From: a virus
Taxonomy: Duplodnaviria; Caudoviricetes
DNA: 43,978 nucleotides
Reading direction: 5' to 3' (one strand)
Virus record (IMG/VR): IMGVR_UViG_3300027581_000011
Coordinates: 1-43,978 of that record
Below the pieces are notes generated by a model. The model ran no database searches and was not told where the DNA came from. It was given only the letters and a program-made list of their open reading frames with translations. The first letter of the stretch is position 1, and each line of letters starts with the position of its first letter. This document shows positions 7,467 to 16,111 of this stretch, piece after piece. A program made the translations under genes and the position numbers.

Positions 7467-8189
7467 ATGGGAATTATGAATACTATTAAATTTCTTCAGA
7501 TGTATCCTCAATTGTTGAGTATTGTTCCAGAACCAGAACAGAGCACAAAAAATGTTCCTACATGGTATAAAGATCAGCCAGCAATTTCGGGAAGTGAGAT
7601 TCCTGATAGAGGGATTATGAGGCTTACTGTAAAAAAATGTCAAGCCTTTTTTGACGCTATGGCAATGGGATATATTTTAAAAGTTCCATGCGATATATAC
7701 ATAGATACAACTGACGGCAATTTAAATATTCAACTTCCTGCGGGGGTGAGCAAGTATCACTCAATGCTTATAAGTGAGCATTCAGAAGAGCAGGTTTCTC
7801 ACTTACCTATAGATAAAGAAATCTATTGTAGTAAAATTTTAAGAATTCACCCTACCTGGATGGTACAAACCGATGAAGGTTACAGTACACTATTTACAAA
7901 CCCAATGCACCAAAGTCCAACACCTTTAAAGGCAATCGATGCTGTTGTTGACACTGATAACTATTTTACTGATGGTCATCTATCCTTTTTGGTAAAAAAG
8001 AATTTTAAGGGAACATTAAAGCAAGGAACACCAATGTCTCAAATTTTTCCATTTAAAAGAGAAGAATGGACAATGGAATTAGTTAACAACTTCCCACCAA
8101 AAAAAATAGAAGAACAACGGAATAAAGTTAGATCTACTTTTCAAAATGGTTATAGATTAAAGTTTTGGCAAAAGAAAACCTTTAAGTAA
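7467..8189 (+). CDS. DUF6065-like conserved phage protein (possible dUTPase-like fold), function unknown
   Basis: Motifs P.WYK, TVKKC..FFDAM..GY, W...T..GYS.LF.NP, VVDTD.Y and GTP..QI.PFKRE.W are recognisable from a family common in aquatic phages. Confidence 0.55.
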   Translation: MGIMNTIKFLQMYPQLLSIVPEPEQSTKNVPTWYKDQPAISGSEIPDRGIMRLTVKKCQAFFDAMAMGYILKVPCDIYIDTTDGNLNIQLPAGVSKYHSMLISEHSEEQVSHLPIDKEIYCSKILRIHPTWMVQTDEGYSTLFTNPMHQSPTPLKAIDAVVDTDNYFTDGHLSFLVKKNFKGTLKQGTPMSQIFPFKREEWTMELVNNFPPKKIEEQRNKVRSTFQNGYRLKFWQKKTFK

Positions 8190-8236
8190 AACTCTCAACA
8201 ATAGATTTAGGTAGAGTTTTGCTTTTCATAAAACTC

Positions 8237-8245
8237 TGCTATACT
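8237..8245 (+). promoter_or_regulatory. extended -10 promoter TGCTATACT for the RNR gene
   Basis: Motif in an intergenic region; SD AAAGGA precedes ATG 8280. Confidence 0.55.
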
Positions 8246-8279
8246 TAGGTCTTAATCCGTTTTTGAAAGGACGATACAC

Positions 8280-10313
8280 ATGTCAGATTTTTTTAGTTTT
8301 AAACTTCCAGAGGACTTCGTAGAAAAATACAAGAACCAAGAAAGCCCATTTGGGTTTAAGGATGCAGCAGAAAATTCACTTGGAGAAATTACTTTTATTC
8401 GTACATATTCTCGCATGAAGGAAGATGGAACTAAAGAAAGATGGCACGAGGTTTGTCGTCGTGTAATCGAGGGAATGTATTCAGTTCAAAAGAATCACGC
8501 TAAAGAAAATCGTTTACCTTGGAATGACTACAAGGCACAGAAGTCTGCACAAGAAGCATTCCAAAGAATGTTTGAATTAAAGTGGACACCACCAGGTCGA
8601 GGTATGTGGGCCTTTGGAACTCCTATGACTATGGAGAAGAAGAACTCTGCAGCACTACAAAACTGTGCAATGGTATCTACAAAAGACCTTGATAAGAATG
8701 ATCCAGGAGCATTATTTGCTTGGGTTATGGATGCTCTTATGCTTGGTATTGGTGTAGGGTTTGATACAGTGGGACAGGATAAGAATTTCTCAATCTATGC
8801 CCCAACAGAGCCCGAACAGGTGTTCGAAATCCCAGACACTCGTGAAGGCTGGGTAGAGTCAGTTAGACTTCTAATCAACTCTTACCTTAGAGCAAACCAA
8901 AGTATTCAGAAGTTTAACTATGATTTGATTAGACCCCTAGGAGCCCCTATTAAGGGCTTTGGAGGCGTTGCATCAGGACCTGCACCTCTTATCAAGTTGC
9001 ACGACCATATAGACCGTGTAATCGGCTCCAGAGCGGGTGAAACACTAGACTCTCGTGCTATCGTAGACCTTGTAAACCTTATTGGTACCTGTGTGGTATC
9101 AGGAAATGTTCGACGCTCAGCAACACTTGCTTTGGGAAATGCAGGGGATGAAACATTTATGAACCTAAAGAATTCAGAACTATTCCCAGAGCGTAACTCA
9201 TTTGACCCAGATAATCCAGGATGGGCTTGGATGTCTAATAATTCTATTTCAGCAGAAGTAGGAACAAAGTACGAAGACTATGTAGATTTAATTACGGAAA
9301 ACGGAGAACCAGGTTTTATCTGGCTTGATGTTGCTCGTAATTATGGCAGGCTAAAGGATGCGCCAGATGGAAAAGACTATCGTGTGATGGGCTTTAACCC
9401 CTGTGCGGAGCAGCCATTAGAGTCATACGAATTATGTACACTTGTAGAAGTGCACTTAAATCGTCATGAATCTAAGGAGGACTTCCTGCGTACCCTGAAG
9501 TTTGCATACCTATATGGAAAGACTGTGACACTTGTTCCAACACACTGGCCACAAACAAACGGTATTATGCAACGTAATCGACGTATTGGCACATCCCTTA
9601 CTGGTATTGCATCATTTGCAGATCAAAAAGGTTTGCCAATTGTTCGTGAATGGATGGATGAAGGCTATAATAAGATTCGTCATTACGATCACAAGTATTC
9701 AGAGTGGCTATGTGTTCGTGAATCAATTCGTGTAACAACAGTTAAGCCATCAGGATCAGTCTCAATTCTTTCTGGTGCAACTCCTGGAGTTCACTGGGGA
9801 CCTGGAGGAGAGTTCTTCCTTCGTGCCGTTCGTTTTGGAAATACAGACCCAATGATTCATTTGTTCAAAGCAGCAGGGTATACAATTGAAGACGATGTAG
9901 TATCAGCAAACACATCAGTAGTTTACTTCCCAATCAAGTCAGGTCACCCAAGATCTGAAAAGGATGTAACATTATTTGAAAAGATTGCCCTTGCTGCAAC
10001 TGCTCAAAAGTATTGGTCTGACAATGGTGTTTCTGTAACATTATCATTTGATAAAGAAACAGAGTCAAAGCACATTGTTCCAGCACTCAACATGTACGAG
10101 GGACAACTAAAGGCTGTTTCATTCCTACCAATGGGCAATACAGTTTATCCACAGCAACCATACACAGGTATTACTGAAGAGCAATATGAGTCCTATATTG
10201 GTAAATTAAAGCACATTGATTTTGCTGCTATTTATGATGGAGCAGAAAATCTTGAGGCTCAAGGAGAGATGTACTGCACTACAGATTATTGTGAAATCAA
10301 AATAAACAAGTAG
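8280..10313 (+). CDS. nrdJ: class II (adenosylcobalamin-dependent) ribonucleotide reductase, monomeric RTPR type
   Basis: RTYSR, PPGRG.W, NCA, GNVRRSA, NPCAEQPL (thiyl radical Cys), ELCTL, TTVKPSG, DNGVSVT and a C-terminal redox pair CTTDYC. No intein is apparent. Confidence 0.93.
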   Translation: MSDFFSFKLPEDFVEKYKNQESPFGFKDAAENSLGEITFIRTYSRMKEDGTKERWHEVCRRVIEGMYSVQKNHAKENRLPWNDYKAQKSAQEAFQRMFELKWTPPGRGMWAFGTPMTMEKKNSAALQNCAMVSTKDLDKNDPGALFAWVMDALMLGIGVGFDTVGQDKNFSIYAPTEPEQVFEIPDTREGWVESVRLLINSYLRANQSIQKFNYDLIRPLGAPIKGFGGVASGPAPLIKLHDHIDRVIGSRAGETLDSRAIVDLVNLIGTCVVSGNVRRSATLALGNAGDETFMNLKNSELFPERNSFDPDNPGWAWMSNNSISAEVGTKYEDYVDLITENGEPGFIWLDVARNYGRLKDAPDGKDYRVMGFNPCAEQPLESYELCTLVEVHLNRHESKEDFLRTLKFAYLYGKTVTLVPTHWPQTNGIMQRNRRIGTSLTGIASFADQKGLPIVREWMDEGYNKIRHYDHKYSEWLCVRESIRVTTVKPSGSVSILSGATPGVHWGPGGEFFLRAVRFGNTDPMIHLFKAAGYTIEDDVVSANTSVVYFPIKSGHPRSEKDVTLFEKIALAATAQKYWSDNGVSVTLSFDKETESKHIVPALNMYEGQLKAVSFLPMGNTVYPQQPYTGITEEQYESYIGKLKHIDFAAIYDGAENLEAQGEMYCTTDYCEIKINK

Positions 10314-10320
10314 TCTTTTG

Positions 10321-10329
10321 TGGTAAAAT
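10321..10329 (+). promoter_or_regulatory. extended -10 promoter TGGTAAAAT
   Basis: Motif 9 nt before ATG 10339; no SD. Confidence 0.5.
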
Positions 10330-10338
10330 AGACCTATA

Positions 10339-13300
10339 ATGTCTAATCCATCAAACCTATATGCCGAAAAAGTCTTTGCTGAGCATCCGACTGGATTGTG
10401 GGCTTTAGACGATAAGGCAGATTATGTTTCTTTATTGTCAGAGTCACAAAGAAATTTGTCAAATTGGACAATAGTTGGCGGTACATATGAAAATTATACT
10501 CAATCAATAGACGAGCCATTCATAAGTAGTTATGTAGGAAGAATCACTGCCACACCAACAAGTAATGAATTTGCATCTATAACTGCAGTAAGTAACGAAA
10601 TAATGAACCTGCAAGATCTTAATAAATACCTAAGAACATTTTCTGTAGGTGGATATTTTTATTCTGAAAGCGCATACATTGCTGGGTTTGAAATTGGATA
10701 TCAGTATATAGACACAACTACTGGTCAAGAGGTCAGACATTTAAAAAATTATGACACAGTCATAAACAGCAACTGGATTTTTATATCGGAAACATTTGAT
10801 ACTCCTCCAGATGATGAAAAATTAAAACTAGTATTTAAAATAAACTTTATTGGTGGATCAGAAATAGAAGATGTATTCTTGGTAAACGGAATAAGCCTTG
10901 GCCAATGGTCAGAAGAATTTGCATCCACGTCACTTGGAGCAAACACTACAAACATATCTAATAAAAATATTGCACTTAATGCACAAACAGCAGTTGTTGC
11001 AAAATGTTATGGACTGCAAGAGTTAAATGCTTATTACTTGGTTTCTGATAACATGCTTAAGGCTAAAAATACAGGAATCCCAATTGTCTATGGAACGTCT
11101 GGTCTTACAGTCATGTATCCAAATACAGGCCTACCTTCTCTCATAGTTCCTGGCTCTGGAATGCTTAATGAGTCTGGAAAGTTTAAACAGTACACTCTAG
11201 AAACTTGGCTTAGAATAAATTCTTATAGTAATGACAGAAAAAGAATTATTGGGCCGATTGCTTCAGATGATGGAATTTATGTAGATGGTCCATCTATTGG
11301 ATTAAAAATAGGAAACGAATATAGCAATTACTATGTCGGCGAATGGACAAGGCCAATGCTAGTTCATATGCGTGTTGGAAAAGACACTGCCTCTCTTCTT
11401 ATAAACGGTCAAGAAGTTATTTCTTTAAACTATTTAACAGAGTCTCTTTCTTTGCCCTCAATGCTAGACACAAGCAGAAAAGATCAAGACTGGATAGGAT
11501 TTTATGCATATGACGATATATACCCAATAGAGATAGACTGTGTTGGAATTTACCCTTACACTGTAGCAACAGCAGTTGCTAAAAGAAGGTTTGTGTTTGG
11601 TCAAGGTGTGGATATTCCAGAAAACATTAATACATCTTACAGTGGAACATCTGTATTTATTGATTACTCATTTGCAGACTACTCTTCAAATTACTCTTAT
11701 CCAAAGATTGGTTCTTGGAATCAAGGCTTTAGCGATAATGTTTCTGTGGCCAATAGAACCTTATCTGTTCTATCTCAACCCCTTCCAGAAATAGTAATAT
11801 CTTCAAAAACAGAAGAAGAATTGTTTGCAGATTGTAAAGCAGTTCAACTAACAGATACAGAAAAATTCTTTTCTTTCAGACCAAACTCTTCGTGGAACTC
11901 TGTTACTGGATACATTTTCTTTAAAAACTTTGACTTTATAAATGCACCAGTTTCTACTTTTTATGGATCTTTTAGATTACCCCAAACATCTGCATCTGCT
12001 CAAACACTTTTTAAAATTGAAAAAGAAAACACAGGAAGTTATTTTTTAATACAATTATTAAATAATCAAATATCTTATATTATAAACTATAACGGAATTT
12101 CGGAAACCATTTATTCTCCTTTAGTTGCTGAACCAGGAGAATTAGTAGACATAGGTCTAAACATTCCAGCATTTGTATCAAGATTTGGAAATCTAGCATC
12201 AGACTTTTTCGGGTCTTTATCAGATTTGAGAATGTATGTTGGAGGAGATAAAAATGGATTATCAACATTTACTGGAAAAATTTACAATGTTGGTATATGC
12301 ACAGATTATAATTTTCAGAAAATAAAGTATTTATTTAATGAGATAGGGGTTCCAGTTTGGAACGAAGACCTGTTTTCTGTCTACGAAAATACTCAGGGAA
12401 TAGGCATAGATGGAGGTCAAGACACAACATTAATGACAGCCGTTCTGGGTACAACAGACACTGCATCTGGTGCAGTTTCTGGCGGTGGGGTATTGACTAT
12501 TGAAGAAGATTCCTTGCTCGACCATATTGCAAGTTACACACTTTTACCAGATATAGTTTTTGACACATATAAACTTACAGTTTCTGCAAGCGCATATTGG
12601 GAAGACCAACTTCCATTAACATATTTTGCAGAATCAGTTATTGACAAAAGAGGGGATCAGTATTTTGATCTTGATTTTATTCAGTTTAACATTGACTATC
12701 CTATACCTTCAAAGACAGTCTCAGTAGAAACAAAGCCAGAGAGTTGGAGTTATGCAGAGTTAGAAAATCAATATGGTCTTCCAGTTCAAAGAACTTATGA
12801 GTCATTGGACAATTACCTATTTACTGGATACAACGACTATGAAGATTTAAAAAATAAAATATCAAAAGACTATTTTTATGACACAGATGGGGCAATCGTA
12901 AAAACATATGTGACCTTTCAATACACAAAGTTAGGTGCAAATCAAACATATTATTATTTTACAAAAACAGAAAGGCCATCAAGGAATGGAGTACTTGTTC
13001 CTGGATCTGACTGGATGACAACAAAATATGAAGTTGTAGACAATATGATTATATATCCTCCATCAGGGGTAGACTTTAATGATTTGTCAATTGTTACACA
13101 CATAGAAATAAATGCTAAAAATTCAGAAACAAACAATATTTCAGTTAAGAAACTTTCGTATGTATCTCAAGCATTAAATGAATCTAACGCAAGTCCTATT
13201 GGGACAAGATTTGGAACATCTGTATACCCATATACTAAAACTGGAATTTACTACGACTTTAAAAGAAACAACCCTTTTGCAATTTACACTGGCTCATCCC

Positions 13301-14058
13301 CATATCTCTATTTAACTAAGAATAGCGGAATACAATTAAAAGGAAAGTATGATCCCTTGGTAAATAGAGGGCTAATGATTCCAGTAAATCAAAGTAGGGC
13401 TGAAGGCTTTAAGGTTATAGCAATGCAAATGGCTGTTCGATTTGATGGAGACTATTTCCCTTATTCTCCAACTCAAATATTTGAGATAGAAAGCAAAGAC
13501 TCTTACATAAAGTTCTACATGGTAGCCAGTGATCCTTCTGGAAGAAGAGCAAAGATATATGCCATAGATGCAAAAACAGGACTTATTCAAAATGGAATTG
13601 GGTTTTACTGGAATGGCAATGTAGTAAAAGAGCCAGTAATAACTCTTCAAGAGTGGGGATTCCTAGGAATTAATTTTTCAAGCAGTTTGAATTTTTCATT
13701 TTTTGAAGGGGCAGTGAGATTAACTGGACCATTGCTATTCAACAGCATATCTTACTACCAGTCTACCAACCTGCAAGAAGTTCAAAATATAGCAGAAAGA
13801 CCATGGTTTAGAGTAAAAGTATTAGATTCAGAGCGTCTTAACTGGAGATTTTGGAATATTCCTTCCTTTAACTGGAACAAGGTTCTTGTGTTGTCAGAAA
13901 CCAGTTATTATGGAGTCAACCCTTCGGATATTTACAAGAGTTATACAGGAACAAACAAGATAATTATAGACGATGATAGACCAGTTCAGTTTGGAGAATA
14001 CTCATATACTCTGTTTACAGAAGCAAATTGGGATCAGTTCGTACAAGATCCAGTATGA
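10339..14058 (+). CDS. large virion protein with LamG/concanavalin A-like domain(s) (1239 aa)
   Basis: The N-terminal YAEKVFAEHPTGLWALDD and the YTLETWLRIN...ASLLINGQEV...IDCVGIYPY segment resemble LamG-like jelly-roll proteins; the composition is beta-rich. Confidence 0.55.
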   Translation: MSNPSNLYAEKVFAEHPTGLWALDDKADYVSLLSESQRNLSNWTIVGGTYENYTQSIDEPFISSYVGRITATPTSNEFASITAVSNEIMNLQDLNKYLRTFSVGGYFYSESAYIAGFEIGYQYIDTTTGQEVRHLKNYDTVINSNWIFISETFDTPPDDEKLKLVFKINFIGGSEIEDVFLVNGISLGQWSEEFASTSLGANTTNISNKNIALNAQTAVVAKCYGLQELNAYYLVSDNMLKAKNTGIPIVYGTSGLTVMYPNTGLPSLIVPGSGMLNESGKFKQYTLETWLRINSYSNDRKRIIGPIASDDGIYVDGPSIGLKIGNEYSNYYVGEWTRPMLVHMRVGKDTASLLINGQEVISLNYLTESLSLPSMLDTSRKDQDWIGFYAYDDIYPIEIDCVGIYPYTVATAVAKRRFVFGQGVDIPENINTSYSGTSVFIDYSFADYSSNYSYPKIGSWNQGFSDNVSVANRTLSVLSQPLPEIVISSKTEEELFADCKAVQLTDTEKFFSFRPNSSWNSVTGYIFFKNFDFINAPVSTFYGSFRLPQTSASAQTLFKIEKENTGSYFLIQLLNNQISYIINYNGISETIYSPLVAEPGELVDIGLNIPAFVSRFGNLASDFFGSLSDLRMYVGGDKNGLSTFTGKIYNVGICTDYNFQKIKYLFNEIGVPVWNEDLFSVYENTQGIGIDGGQDTTLMTAVLGTTDTASGAVSGGGVLTIEEDSLLDHIASYTLLPDIVFDTYKLTVSASAYWEDQLPLTYFAESVIDKRGDQYFDLDFIQFNIDYPIPSKTVSVETKPESWSYAELENQYGLPVQRTYESLDNYLFTGYNDYEDLKNKISKDYFYDTDGAIVKTYVTFQYTKLGANQTYYYFTKTERPSRNGVLVPGSDWMTTKYEVVDNMIIYPPSGVDFNDLSIVTHIEINAKNSETNNISVKKLSYVSQALNESNASPIGTRFGTSVYPYTKTGIYYDFKRNNPFAIYTGSSPYLYLTKNSGIQLKGKYDPLVNRGLMIPVNQSRAEGFKVIAMQMAVRFDGDYFPYSPTQIFEIESKDSYIKFYMVASDPSGRRAKIYAIDAKTGLIQNGIGFYWNGNVVKEPVITLQEWGFLGINFSSSLNFSFFEGAVRLTGPLLFNSISYYQSTNLQEVQNIAERPWFRVKVLDSERLNWRFWNIPSFNWNKVLVLSETSYYGVNPSDIYKSYTGTNKIIIDDDRPVQFGEYSYTLFTEANWDQFVQDPV

Positions 14059-14060
14059 TA

Positions 14061-14069
14061 TGGTATACT
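14061..14069 (+). promoter_or_regulatory. extended -10 promoter TGGTATACT (leaderless start at 14077)
   Basis: TATACT 14064-14069 lies 7 nt before ATG 14077. Confidence 0.65.
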
Positions 14070-14076
14070 TGTGGTT

Positions 14077-14463
14077 ATGGATTCACTAATAGACCCAAAA
14101 ACTGGTCAACCAATTGTAAAGAATGTAAGACGCCAAGTCATTGAAAAGAACTATGACTGGGGCCTTTATGTGTATAAGAAGGCAAATGGTAAATGGTTTA
14201 CAGATGGAAACGGTTCTGTACTAAATATACCTTCAGATAAAAACGACTTTACTAGAATGGCAGAACTAAAAAAGACTGCAATGCATTACGGAGATCCAGG
14301 AGATGGTACATGCATATTTGTTCCAGGGCTAACAAGAGTTTCAGAAGAAGAGTATTCTGAGCAGGTAGACAGGCTAAATGCTGGCTTGATTCCATCCCTT
14401 AATGATCTTGGAGCAGTTCAGGCAGCAAAAGATACAATTGCTAAATACGGAGATGAGGATTAA
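14077..14463 (+). CDS. hypothetical protein upstream of portal
   Basis: ORF with start reassigned from GTG 14071 to ATG 14077 on promoter spacing. Confidence 0.7.
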   Translation: MDSLIDPKTGQPIVKNVRRQVIEKNYDWGLYVYKKANGKWFTDGNGSVLNIPSDKNDFTRMAELKKTAMHYGDPGDGTCIFVPGLTRVSEEEYSEQVDRLNAGLIPSLNDLGAVQAAKDTIAKYGDED

Positions 14464-14465
14464 TT

Positions 14466-16061
14466 ATGGAAGATAACGATTACGAAATCCACGCAAGAAT
14501 TGATGATGCAATAAAGAAAGATGATACATTTTCAAAATCAGATCCATTTAACGGTAATTGGGATTCATTAAAATCTCTTGATGGGCTAGAGGCAAATTTC
14601 AAAAGACGCATAAGCAGATCTTCAACAAAGATGGTTGAGCCAACTACTCAGTATACAACTGCAGCACTTGCTGGAAAAAGCGGTATTGATGGAGCACAAT
14701 CAAAAGAGATAAACCCAGGATTAGTATATGTAAACGGCTATGGAATGTTTGATGTTATTACACCACCGTGGAACCTTTACGAATTAGCAAACTATTACGA
14801 CACCTCATTTGCAAACCATGCAGCAATTGATGCTAAGGTAGAAAACATTGTAGGTCTTGGATATGAGTTTAAGGTTTCTCAAAGAACAATGATGAGGCTT
14901 GAGTCATCAGAAGATAACAGTGCAACACAGAAAGCAAGAAAGAGAATTGAAAGAACGAAGATTGAGGCAAGAGACTGGCTAGAGTCACTTAATGACGATG
15001 ACTCATTTACTGCAACAATGGAAAAGGTTTACACAGACTTACAGTCAACTGGAAATGGCTATCTAGAAATTGGTAGAACTACTCGTGGAGAAATTGGTTA
15101 TGTAGGACACATACCTTCAACAACAATGCGAGTGCGAAGAATCAAAGATGGCTACGTTCAGATTATTGGAAACAAAATCGTTTACTTCCGTAACTTTGGA
15201 GCAAAGAACCAAAACCCACTAACAACAGATGCAAGACCAAACGAGATTATTCACTTCAAACAATACTCACCTCTCAACACCTTCTACGGAGTGCCAGACA
15301 TTATGTCGGCTATTAATTCATTACACGGAGACTCGCTTGCTTCACAATACAATATCGATTACTTTGCAAACAAGGCAGTACCACGTTATGTTGTAACGTT
15401 GAAGGGTGCAAAACTTTCTGGAGATGCAGAAGATAAGATGTTTCGATTCTTACAGACAAATCTCAGAGGGCAGTCACACAGAACGCTATATATTCCACTT
15501 CCAGGTGATAGCGAAAACAACAAAGTTGAATTTAAAATGGAGCCCATCGAAGACGGTATACAGGACGGCTCATTTAAAGAGTATCGTAAACAAAACCGTG
15601 ATGACATCCTAGTAGCACATCAAGTGCCACTGTCTAAACTTGGAGGTGGCGATTCTGGATCTATTGCAGCAGCACTTGCACAGGATCGCACCTTTAAGGA
15701 GCAGGTTGCAAGACCAGCACAAAGACAACTTGAAAAAATGATCAATAAGATTATTCGTGAAAAAACAGACATCATTGAATTTGCATTTAATGAACTAACC
15801 CTTACAGATGAAATTGCTCAGTCTCAAATTCTTGAAAGATATGTAAAGAATCAGATCATGACTCCTAACGAGGCTAGAGTTGTTTTAGATATGCCACAGC
15901 GAGATGGTGGAGATGAAGTACTAGATCTTAAGCCAGAGGCTGCAGCAGAAGCAACCACAACAAGAGCAAGAGATGCAGAACGCATAAACAACAATTCGGA
16001 CAGTTCCTCAACCGTATCGGGAAGAAACCCAAAGGGCGAGGGAAGAAAGTTTGACGAATAG
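14466..16061 (+). CDS. portal protein
   Basis: GNGYLEIGR, EIIHFKQYSP..TFYGVPD, YFANKAVP, D.SF.EYRK..RDDIL.AH.VP and MTPNEAR are typical HK97/PBSX-type portal motifs; it precedes the protease and capsid genes. Confidence 0.92.
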   Translation: MEDNDYEIHARIDDAIKKDDTFSKSDPFNGNWDSLKSLDGLEANFKRRISRSSTKMVEPTTQYTTAALAGKSGIDGAQSKEINPGLVYVNGYGMFDVITPPWNLYELANYYDTSFANHAAIDAKVENIVGLGYEFKVSQRTMMRLESSEDNSATQKARKRIERTKIEARDWLESLNDDDSFTATMEKVYTDLQSTGNGYLEIGRTTRGEIGYVGHIPSTTMRVRRIKDGYVQIIGNKIVYFRNFGAKNQNPLTTDARPNEIIHFKQYSPLNTFYGVPDIMSAINSLHGDSLASQYNIDYFANKAVPRYVVTLKGAKLSGDAEDKMFRFLQTNLRGQSHRTLYIPLPGDSENNKVEFKMEPIEDGIQDGSFKEYRKQNRDDILVAHQVPLSKLGGGDSGSIAAALAQDRTFKEQVARPAQRQLEKMINKIIREKTDIIEFAFNELTLTDEIAQSQILERYVKNQIMTPNEARVVLDMPQRDGGDEVLDLKPEAAAEATTTRARDAERINNNSDSSSTVSGRNPKGEGRKFDE

Positions 16062-16111
16062 TCCAATTTGTCCACATTGTGATATAGTTGCAAAAAGGGG
16101 TATATAATATA

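Noticed and set aside
7385-7545. PEPE sequence shared by the Hint protein C-terminus and the next protein's N-terminus
   Set aside because: Four low-complexity residues; not distinguishable from chance.
8190-8279. Cobalamin riboswitch upstream of nrdJ
   Set aside because: The intergenic region is only about 90 nt and AT-rich, with no B12-box-like conserved elements visible.
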